Below are positions 39,743-48,162 of a stretch of DNA of 64,000 nt, piece by piece. Numbering within the stretch: position 1 is the stretch's first letter; the number at the start of each line of letters is the position of its first letter. The position numbers and the translations under genes were made by a program. The stretch is taken from NCBI GenBank assembly GCA_963758635.1, contig CAVWWD010000006.1, positions 96,001 to 160,000 of the forward strand, written 5' to 3'. The notes beneath the pieces were generated by a model. It ran no database searches. It worked only from the letters and a program-made list of their open reading frames with translations, and had not been told where the DNA came from. The DNA comes from an uncultured Candidatus Rokubacteria bacterium (GTDB lineage: Bacteria; Methylomirabilota; Methylomirabilia; Rokubacteriales; CSP1-6).

Positions 39743-42400
39743 ATGGCGGAGATCGGCCGCGCGGCGTTGTTCGGCAAGCTCAACCCGCTGATGTACAAGG
39801 CGGTGGACGGCGCGGTGACGTTCTGCAAGCTGCGCGGGAACCCGCGGATCGAGCTCGCCCACTGGCTCTTCCAGATCCTGCACCTCCCGGATTCCGACCT
39901 GCACCGCATCCTGCGCCACTTCGAGGTGGACTCGGGACGGCTCGTCGCGGACCTCCAGGCCACGCTCGAGCGGCTGCCGCGCGGCGCGTCGGGGATCGAG
40001 GACTTCTCCGAGCACGTGCCCGAGGCGGTGAAGGAAGCGTGGATGTACGGGACGCTCCTCTTCGGCGAGACGCAGGTGCGCAGCGGCTACCTGCTCATCG
40101 GCCTCCTCAAGTACGAGCGCCTCCGCGAGGTGGTCCTCCGGATCTCGCGCGAGTTCGCCAAGGTGAAGGTCGAGGCCCTCACCGACGAGTACGCCCGCAT
40201 CGTGGGCGGCTCGCCGGAGGACGCGCAGGGCGCGTCGGACGGCTTCGCGGCGACGGCGCCCGCCGAGGGCGCGGAGGGGGGCGGGGCGATCCCCGCCGCG
40301 GCCATGGGCAAGCAGGAGGCGCTCAAGCGCTTCGCCACCGACCTCACCGCGCGGGCGCGCGCCGGCGCCATCGATCCCGTCACCGGCCGCGACGAGGAGA
40401 TCCGCCAGGTCATCGACATCCTGATGCGGCGCCGGCAGAACAACCCGATCCTCACCGGCGAGGCCGGTGTCGGGAAGACGGCGGCCGTCGAGGGCTTCGC
40501 GCTGCGCATCGCCAAGGGGGACGTGCCCCCGCAGCTCAAGGAGGTCTCGCTCTGGGCGCTCGACGTGGGCCTGCTCCAGGCCGGCGCGAGCATGAAGGGC
40601 GAGTTCGAGAGCCGGCTCCGCGCGGTGATCGACGAGGTGCAAGCCTCGCCGAAGCCCATCATCCTGTTCATCGACGAGGCGCACACCCTCATCGGCGCGG
40701 GGGGCGCGGCGGGCACCGGCGACGCCGCCAACCTGCTGAAGCCCGCGCTCGCGCGGGGCACGCTGCGGACCATCGCGGCAACGACCTGGAGCGAGTACAA
40801 GAAGTACATCGAGAAGGACCCGGCGTTGACCCGGAGGTTCCAGGTGGTGCAGATCGGCGAGCCGGACGAGGACAAGGCCCTCCTCATGCTGCGCGGCGTG
40901 GCCTCGACCCTGGAGAAGCACCACCGGGTGCAGCTCCTCGACGAGGCCCTCGACGCGGCGGTCAAGCTCTCGCGCCGCTACATCCCCGCGCGGCAGCTCC
41001 CCGACAAGGCGGTGAGCCTGCTCGACACGACGTGCGCGCGTGTCGCGGTGAGCCAGCACGCCACCCCGCCCGAGGTCGAGGACTCGCGCCGGCGCGGGGA
41101 GGCGCTCGAGACCGAGCTGGCGATCATCGAGCGCGAGGACGCGGCGGGCTTCGACACGGGCACGCGCCGGGCCGACGCGGAGGGCAAGCTCGCGACCGAG
41201 AAGGAGCGCCTCGGCGTCCTCGAGCAGCGCTGGAGCGAGGAGCAGACGCTCGTCGACCGCATCCTCGAGCTGCGCCGCCAGCTCCGCGACGAGGCCAAGG
41301 AGCCGGCCGAGCGGGAGACGCGCCTCACCGAGCTGCGCGAGCTCCAGGGCAAGCTCGGCAGCCTGCAGGGCGAGAGTCCCCTCATCCTGCCCAGCGTGGA
41401 CGCGCAGGCCGTCGCGTCGGTGGTGGCGGACTGGACGGGCGTCCCGGTGGGACGGATGGTCAAGAACGAGGCGGAGGCCATCCTCCGGCTCGCCGACACG
41501 CTGAGCGGGCGCGTGATCGGGCAGCGTCACGGCCTCGAGATGATCGCCCGGCGCCTGCAGACCTCGCGCGCGCGCCTGGACAACCCCAACAAGCCCATCG
41601 GCGTGTTCCTCCTCGTGGGCCCCTCCGGCGTGGGCAAGACGGAGACGGCGCTGGCGCTGGCCGAGGCCCTCTACGGCGGCGAGGAGAACGTGATCACGAT
41701 CAACATGAGCGAGTTCCAGGAGGCGCACACCGTCTCCACGCTCAAGGGCGCGCCGCCCGGCTACGTGGGCTACGAGCGCGGCGGTGTCCTCACGGAGGCG
41801 GTGCGGCGGCGGCCCTACAGCATCGTCCTCCTCGACGAGGTCGAGAAGGCGCACGCCGACGTGCACGAGATGTTCTACCAGGTGTTCGACAAGGGGTGGA
41901 TGGAGGACAGCGACGGCCGCTACATCGACTTCAAGAACACCGTGATCCTGCTCACGTCGAACGTGGGCACGGACCTGGTGGCGAACCTCTGCAAGGACCC
42001 CGCGCTCAAACCCGAGCCCGAGGCCCTCGCCCGCGCCGTGCGCGAGCCGCTGCGCAAGGTGTTCCCGCCCGCGCTCCTCGGGCGGCTGGTCGTGATCCCG
42101 TACTACCCGCTCGCCGACGAGATCCTCGGCGACATCGTCCGCCTGCAGCTCGACCGCATCGTGCGCCGCATCGGCGAGCACCACAAGGTGCCGCTCACGT
42201 ACGACGACGCCGTGGTGAAGCTCGTGGTGTCCCGCTGCACGGAGGTGGAGAGCGGCGGGCGCATGATCGACGCGCTCCTCACCAACACCATCCTCCCGCG
42301 CATCAGCACCGAGTACCTCACCCGGGCGATGGAGAGCCGGCCCCTCGGCGCCATCGCGCTCGGGGTGAAGGACGGGGACTTCTCGCTGGAATTCTCCTGA
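39743..42400 (+). CDS. tssH: T6SS AAA+ ATPase ClpV
   Basis: LFGKLN N-terminus, GEAGVGKT and GPSGVGKT Walker A motifs, RRRQNNP. Confidence 0.96.
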   Translation: MAEIGRAALFGKLNPLMYKAVDGAVTFCKLRGNPRIELAHWLFQILHLPDSDLHRILRHFEVDSGRLVADLQATLERLPRGASGIEDFSEHVPEAVKEAWMYGTLLFGETQVRSGYLLIGLLKYERLREVVLRISREFAKVKVEALTDEYARIVGGSPEDAQGASDGFAATAPAEGAEGGGAIPAAAMGKQEALKRFATDLTARARAGAIDPVTGRDEEIRQVIDILMRRRQNNPILTGEAGVGKTAAVEGFALRIAKGDVPPQLKEVSLWALDVGLLQAGASMKGEFESRLRAVIDEVQASPKPIILFIDEAHTLIGAGGAAGTGDAANLLKPALARGTLRTIAATTWSEYKKYIEKDPALTRRFQVVQIGEPDEDKALLMLRGVASTLEKHHRVQLLDEALDAAVKLSRRYIPARQLPDKAVSLLDTTCARVAVSQHATPPEVEDSRRRGEALETELAIIEREDAAGFDTGTRRADAEGKLATEKERLGVLEQRWSEEQTLVDRILELRRQLRDEAKEPAERETRLTELRELQGKLGSLQGESPLILPSVDAQAVASVVADWTGVPVGRMVKNEAEAILRLADTLSGRVIGQRHGLEMIARRLQTSRARLDNPNKPIGVFLLVGPSGVGKTETALALAEALYGGEENVITINMSEFQEAHTVSTLKGAPPGYVGYERGGVLTEAVRRRPYSIVLLDEVEKAHADVHEMFYQVFDKGWMEDSDGRYIDFKNTVILLTSNVGTDLVANLCKDPALKPEPEALARAVREPLRKVFPPALLGRLVVIPYYPLADEILGDIVRLQLDRIVRRIGEHHKVPLTYDDAVVKLVVSRCTEVESGGRMIDALLTNTILPRISTEYLTRAMESRPLGAIALGVKDGDFSLEFS

Positions 42401-42455
42401 CGGGACCGTTCGCCGGGGTCGTGCCGCAGCTCGAGGCGCCAATGCTCGCGTCTCT

Positions 42456-42676
42456 CCCTCTCCCGGCCAGGGAGAGGGTTGGGGTGAGGGTGGGTAGCGC
42501 TACCTCACGGGGAGACGTTCCGCGTGTTTGCGCGACCGTCCCTCACCCTGCCCTCTCCCCAGAAGAGGTTGTGAAGAAATGCGTATTTCGACTTCGCCGT
42601 GCGGGCCAACACCGCGATCCCGCGTACACACGCGTGGCCGCCTCGCCATTTCTTCAGAGACTCAGAAGGGAGAGGG
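42456..42676. repeat. inverted pair of REP-like CCCTCTCCC/GGGAGAGGG hairpin units; the second is interrupted by a MITE
   Basis: CCCTCTCCCGGCCAGGGAGAGGGTTGGGGTGAGGG and the inverted CCCTCACCCTGCCCTCTCCCC-AGAA...AGAA-GGGAGAGGG. Confidence 0.75.
42565..42663 (+). mobile_element. repeat family B copy 3: 99-bp MITE with imperfect TIRs and a 4-bp target duplication (AGAA)
   Basis: GAGGTTGTGAAGAAATG...CATTTCTTCAGAGACTC; AGAA at 42561-42564 and 42664-42667. Confidence 0.75.
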
Positions 42677-42732
42677 AACGACAGTTCTGTCCGAAACTGG
42701 AACACCACACGCGCCGGCTCGCCGGCGCCCGG

Positions 42733-44235
42733 TCAGTCCGGCACGGATCGCGGCAGCAGGTAGCCGTTCTCCACGAGCCGCCGCACGACGGGGAGCCCGC
42801 CGGGCGCCACCTCGTCGAAGGGCATGCCCATGTTGCGGGCCATCTCCTCGAGCACGTCGCGGAGCTGGCGCTCGCCGCGGTGGGAGATGACGAGCGTCGC
42901 CACCGTGGGATCGGCCTGCATCGAGTAGTAGGCGGGATCGCGGGCGAGGTGGAGCAGCGTCGACACCGCGGCGAGGCCGGTCTCCTTCGGCACGTAGTGC
43001 TGCTCGAGCCGCAGGTCGGGCGACAGGCGGAAGCGCTCGTCCAGGAGCTGGCGGTCGTCGGCGATGGTCGCGAGGTAGTCCTCGAGCACGAAGCGCCGGA
43101 GGACGTGCTCGCCGCCCGGCGCGGCGAAGTTCTTCGGGACCTTCACGAACCGGATCCGGTTCGCGCGGCCGGAGGCCCGCCGCATCGAGATGAGCCCGTA
43201 GGTGATCTCCTCGATCCCCTCGGCCTCGTAGTAGCTCATCCACTGGTCGAACAGCGGCCCGAGCTGGTCGAGCTTGTCCGCCTCGGTCTGCTGGATCCAG
43301 TTCGTGGCGTAGCTGGGCGCGTCCTGGGTCTCCGCCCCCCACACGATCACGTCGCAGCCGGTGCCCTCGAACCAGGGGGCCATCACCTCCTCCCAGGGCT
43401 GCCCCGCGCGATGGGCCCAGTTGGCCATGAACTGGCAGTAGCCGCCTTCCTCGAGATAGGTCGCGGCCAGGCGCGCCAGGGCGCGGCAGAACTCGTCGCC
43501 GCGGACCCCGCTGTCCCGGAAGAGGTACCGCGTCCGCGGCGCGATGACGTAGGGCGGGTTGCTGATGATCATGTCGAAGCGGTGGCCGGCGACGGGCTCG
43601 AAGAGGTCGCCGGCCACGCACGCCACGTTGCCGGCCGCGTTGAGGCGCACGTTGAACTCGGCGAAGCCGACGGCACGGGGGTTCTTGTCCGTGGCGTGAA
43701 CCTGCTCGTACCGCGGGCTGGCCAGCAGCGCGAGCGCGCCCGATCCGGTGCCCAGGTCGAGGGCCCGGCGCCCCCTGGTGGGCACCATCGTCCGCCCGAT
43801 GATCTGCGAGCTCTTGCTGAACCCCATGACGAAGTCGTCGGCGCCCGCCTCGCGGATGCGGGCCGGCATGTCGGCCACGAAGAGCAGGCCCTCGTTCGGC
43901 AGCGCCTTCACGCGAGGCGCCACCCGATCGCCCTCGATCTCGACGAGGCTCGCCTCCGCCCAGCGCTCGAGCGCCATGGGCTCGACGGCCCGGCGGGCCG
44001 CGGCCACGTCGACGGGCTCGCCGAGGAAGAACAGGCGGATCAGCGTGTCGAGCGGCGTCGCCGCGCGCGTGCGTCGCAGGTGAAGCGGGATGTCGACGGG
44101 CCGGACCCACAGGATCTCCGTGACGCCGAGGGCCTTGCGGATGCCGTCCTCCGTATAGCTGGCGCGCGCGAACACCTCCCGCGCGCGGGGGAAGTCGCTG
44201 GCGTCGCGAAAATGCGGCGGGGCGGCGACAGCCAT
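42733..44235 (-). CDS. class I SAM methyltransferase (HemK-like, NPPY motif) with extra N- and C-terminal domains
   Basis: LDLGTGSG, GDLFEPV, SNPPY; C-terminal winged-helix-like segment ending RRLVENGYL. Confidence 0.85.
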   Translation of the reverse strand: MAVAAPPHFRDASDFPRAREVFARASYTEDGIRKALGVTEILWVRPVDIPLHLRRTRAATPLDTLIRLFFLGEPVDVAAARRAVEPMALERWAEASLVEIEGDRVAPRVKALPNEGLLFVADMPARIREAGADDFVMGFSKSSQIIGRTMVPTRGRRALDLGTGSGALALLASPRYEQVHATDKNPRAVGFAEFNVRLNAAGNVACVAGDLFEPVAGHRFDMIISNPPYVIAPRTRYLFRDSGVRGDEFCRALARLAATYLEEGGYCQFMANWAHRAGQPWEEVMAPWFEGTGCDVIVWGAETQDAPSYATNWIQQTEADKLDQLGPLFDQWMSYYEAEGIEEITYGLISMRRASGRANRIRFVKVPKNFAAPGGEHVLRRFVLEDYLATIADDRQLLDERFRLSPDLRLEQHYVPKETGLAAVSTLLHLARDPAYYSMQADPTVATLVISHRGERQLRDVLEEMARNMGMPFDEVAPGGLPVVRRLVENGYLLPRSVPD

Positions 44236-44239
44236 CGGC

Positions 44240-45022
44240 TCAGCGGGCGGCGCGGCTCGCCGCCTGCTCCTCGAGGCGGGCCCGGAGCGGATCGTGGAGC
44301 CGCGGGATCCCCTCGATGTCGATCAGCTCGATGAACGCGGGCACGCCGGAGAAGTTCGTGGCGGTCAGGATGACGTCGTCGGACGGCCGGAAGGAGGGGA
44401 CGCCGGCCACGACGGTGGTGAACGGAAGCTTCGGCAGGTCCGGCGCGGCCTCGGTCTGTACCTCGTAGCGCAGATCGCCGAGGAGCGGGACCAGGCCCGG
44501 CGTGTGGGTAAGCACGAGCTGGGTGACCAGCGTGTTGACCACGAACTGACGGACCTGCTCTGGGCTCCGCGCCCCCTTGCCGAGGACGGCCTGCCGGAAC
44601 TGCGACAGCGTGTAGCCGGACGAGAAGCCGATCACCCAGCGGACGGGCGACGTCATCGTGATGGTCCGGGTCTCGCGGCCGTCCGTCGCGTCGTGCGTGT
44701 ACTCCCACGGGTACAGCGCGACGCGGTTCCCCACGAGGGACAGCCAGTACGGGTCGAACTCCGCGGACAGGTCGAAGGGACGCGTGGCGAGCTGGCGGAA
44801 GCTCTGCTGGATCTGGCCGAGGGCGCGATCGGCGAGCGGCGCGTCCGTCTTCGCCGCGCCGCCCTTTCCGAAGAGACGCTCGGGCGACAGGATGGGCCGG
44901 AGGGTCTCCAGGTGGGCGGTGAGGCGCTCGCGCAGCATCGTCGAGATGGCCTCGGTCTTGCTCCGTAGCTCAGGCAGCCGTTCGAACGTCAGCGGCCTGG
45001 TCGGCGTCTCCGACCCGCTCAT
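44240..45022 (-). CDS. hypothetical protein (260 aa) within the T6SS locus
   Basis: AGGAG SD before ATG 45022; ordinary codon usage; 4-nt gap to the methyltransferase gene. Confidence 0.75.
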   Translation of the reverse strand: MSGSETPTRPLTFERLPELRSKTEAISTMLRERLTAHLETLRPILSPERLFGKGGAAKTDAPLADRALGQIQQSFRQLATRPFDLSAEFDPYWLSLVGNRVALYPWEYTHDATDGRETRTITMTSPVRWVIGFSSGYTLSQFRQAVLGKGARSPEQVRQFVVNTLVTQLVLTHTPGLVPLLGDLRYEVQTEAAPDLPKLPFTTVVAGVPSFRPSDDVILTATNFSGVPAFIELIDIEGIPRLHDPLRARLEEQAASRAAR

Positions 45023-45290
45023 GGCTTCTCCTTTCGGCCCGGCCCGGCGTTTCGCCCGGCGTGCAGGCTCGGCGCCTCGACGGCGTGGACCCGCACGGTT
45101 CACGGCGGTGGAGCGATACTGCGCCGGTGACCTCCCCCGGTCAAGGAGCGCCGGAGTCGGACAGCTCCCGGGGACATGCCCAGGACGGGGCCCGCGGAGT
45201 ACAATTGGCCCCACGGCTGAAACGGGGCACATCGGGTGAAGCGGCCGCGCCCGACGCGGCGACGACAGCGTTTCCGGGAGGTAGGGCAGC

Positions 45291-47317
45291 ATGCTCGTGA
45301 TCCGCGTGGTCTCCTTCAAGGGGCAGCCCGTGCCCGGCAATCAGACCGCCCAGTTCGGCGAGGCGGGCGGGACCATCGGCCGCGGAAGGAGCAGCACGCT
45401 GGTCCTGCAGGACCCCGAGCTGTTCATCTCCCGCACCCACGCGACGATCTCCTACCAGGCCGGCGGCTTCATCATCACCGACAACGGGACCAAGAATCCG
45501 GTCGTCCTGAACGGCCAGCCGCTGGGCTTCGGGATCCAGGCACGGCTCGGCGACGGCAACCAGATCCAGGTCGGCGGCTACCTGCTCGAGACCAGGCTGA
45601 TCGCCGTCGCGCCGGCGCCGATGGCCGTGGCCGAGCAGGCGTGGCCTCCGCAGTCGAAGGACGATCCGCTGGCGATGTTCCCGGGCGGTTCTCGGGCAAA
45701 GGGCCCCGATCCGTTCGTCGATCTGGAGCCGGTGAAGGCGCCGCCCGCCGCGCCGCCGATTCCCCTGCCCGGGCAGGATCCGTTGGCGGGCATCAAGGGG
45801 CGTGAGCTGAGCATCGACGAGGTGCTGGGCCTGAACCCGTCCGGCATGCCTGGCGGCCCGGCCGGGATCCCTCCCTCCGGCATTCCGGCCGCTCCGCGAC
45901 AGGACCAGCGCCCCGCCTTTCCGTTCCCCCAGCAGGACCCCGGTCCGGGCGTGGTGGATCCCATCGACGTGATGCTCGGCATCGTGCGGCCGCCGCCCAA
46001 GCCCACCCTGCCCGACCACGGGCCCGAGGTCGGCACGGCGTACGTGCCTCCAGTGGCGAAGCACGACCCGGCGTTCGCGCCGTTCCAGGCGCCCCCGCCC
46101 GCCGCCCCGCCCGTGCGGCACCAGCCGGCCACGGCGGGACCATCCGCTCCGGCGCCGCCTTCGCGCGGGCCGCTCCCGACGGACGCGTTCGCCGTGCTGC
46201 AGCCCACGGCTCCCGCGGCGCCGCCGGGTCCGCTGCCGCCATCGGCCGCTCCGTTGCCGCCCGCGGCGCCCCCGCCGAGTCCGTCCCGCCGCGCCTCCGG
46301 TGCCGCCGAGGCCCGGCCAGGTCCCCGCCGCGGCCCCGAGCCCGTTCCAGCCGCCGGCGCCCGCGCCGTTTCCCGACGTGGCGCCTGCCCGCACGGCCGG
46401 CAGCGCCGAGCCCCTTCCCGCCGCCGCCCGCTCCCACGCCGCCGGCGCCGGTCATGACGCCGCCTGCCGCCACGGCTGAGCCAGCCGCGCCCCCGGCGCC
46501 TCCGCCGCCTCCCTTCCCGTCGGCGGCGCCTCCGAACGCGGGGCCCGTGATCTCCACGCCCGGCGCCGCCCCGCCGGCGTCGGCCGCGACCACGGTGGTG
46601 CCCTCGCGCCCTGGCCCGGGGACGAGCGGCGCCGCGGCGCCGCACTCGACCCTGGGCGGGAAGGACCCGACGGCCCGCTCGGCGGCCGCCGGCGCCTCAG
46701 GAGACGCCGCGCTCCTCCACGCGTTCCTGCACGGGGCGGGCATCTCCGACGCGCCGGTGATGAAGGCGCTGACCCCCGAGATCATGGACATGCTCGGCAA
46801 GCTGCTGCGCGAGGCGGTGCACGGCACGGTCGATCTCCTGCGCGCGCGGACGCTCATGAAAGGCGAGATGCGCGCGGACGTCACCATGATCATGCCCGTG
46901 GAGAACAACCCGCTGAAGTTCTCCCCCAACGTCGAGACCGCCCTGACGCACCTCTTCGCACCGCACGCGCCGGGCTTCCTGCCGCCCGTGCGGGCGATGA
47001 AGGAGGCCTACGACGACCTGCGCGCGCATCAGCTCGGGTTCCTCGCCGGCATGCGCGCGGCGCTCGACGACGTCCTCGCGCGCTTCACGCCCAAGGAGCT
47101 GGAGAAGCGCCTGTCCGATCCCTCCGTCCTGGACAGCGTCCTGCCGATGAACCGGAAGGCCAAGCAGTGGGACCTCTTCGTGGAGCGCTACGAGGAGGTG
47201 GCGGGCGAGGCGCGCGAGAATTTCAACGTCGCCTTCGGGAAAGCCTTCCTCAAGGCGTACGAGGCCCAGGTCAAGCAGCTTCGCTCCACCTCCCGCCACC
47301 GCCGCTCCGGCAGCTGA
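45291..47317 (+). CDS. tagH: T6SS FHA protein TagH/Fha; frameshift(s) in the Pro-rich linker (~46290-46450)
   Basis: FHA IGR...ISRTHA; C-terminal ENNPLKFSP, DLRAHQ...AGMRAAL, FGKAFLKAYE. Confidence 0.9.
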
Positions 47318-47431
47318 GAAGGGCCCATCTGCTTCGTTGGCGCCCTCGGCCGCACGCTCAACGTACAGAACGTACGCCTCGCGTGCGGCCAGCGGGCGCC
47401 GCCTCGCAGCTGGACCCTTCTCAGCTGCCGG
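47307..47431. repeat. 125-bp palindromic MITE-like element (family C) between convergent tagH and tagF
   Basis: Terminal inverted repeat CCGGCAGCTGAGAAGGG(C/T)CCA matching at 20 of 21 positions; internal arms pair along the length; contains the tagH stop. Confidence 0.75.
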
Positions 47432-47433
47432 CT

Positions 47434-48162
47434 CTAGAGGTCGAGGTCGGCGGGGGGTGTCTCGAGCTCGAGGAGGCGGGGCGGCGCGGTCGCGGCGCCG
47501 GCGAGGAGCCAGCCGAACTCCTCGGCCGTGGGTAGCGCGACGCTCGTGAGCATGAGGGGGTCGCCGTCGACGCGGCCCCGCGTCCACCAGAGCGCCTTCC
47601 AGCCCGCCTGCGCGCTCCAGGCGCTCAGGCCCTCCGCCTGCGCCACCTGGGGGAACGCGTCCGTCGAGGGAAGCCGGCGCAGGAAGCCGCTCGCGCCGTC
47701 CTGATCCACGGGAGCGGGCGGCGAGAACCCGCAGTTCGCGAGGGCGCGGTCCAGGTCGTCGGGGCCGCGGTTCGGGTCCAGCACGCCGAGCGCGGCGTCC
47801 TCCATGTCGGCGAACCACTCCGCGCCGTCGAACACCGCGTGCGCGGGGCCGGCCTCGGAGGACAGCGTCGTCACCAGCGTCAGCGGGAACTGGCGTCCCA
47901 CGCGGTCCACGCTGGGCATCAGCACGCCGGCCCACCCGCTCGCTTCCACCACACCGGGCAGCAGCACGAAGCGCCAGATCGGCATCGTGAGGTAGCAGTC
48001 GAGCCAGGCCTCGCCCAGGTTGCCGCGGCAGACGTGGATGACCGACTGCAGCCACGCGTCCCAGGGCCGGATGAACTCGTCGGGCAGCCGCCGGCTCGCG
48101 AAGTCCCCGAGCCCCGGCAGCTTGCCGTACCAGCCCGGGATGTCCTGGCTCGACTCCGCCAT
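47434..48162 (-). CDS. tagF: T6SS regulator TagF
   Basis: GWYGKLP..GDF, WDAWL, P.WRF, SVDRVGRQFPL. Confidence 0.93.
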   Translation of the reverse strand: MAESSQDIPGWYGKLPGLGDFASRRLPDEFIRPWDAWLQSVIHVCRGNLGEAWLDCYLTMPIWRFVLLPGVVEASGWAGVLMPSVDRVGRQFPLTLVTTLSSEAGPAHAVFDGAEWFADMEDAALGVLDPNRGPDDLDRALANCGFSPPAPVDQDGASGFLRRLPSTDAFPQVAQAEGLSAWSAQAGWKALWWTRGRVDGDPLMLTSVALPTAEEFGWLLAGAATAPPRLLELETPPADLDL

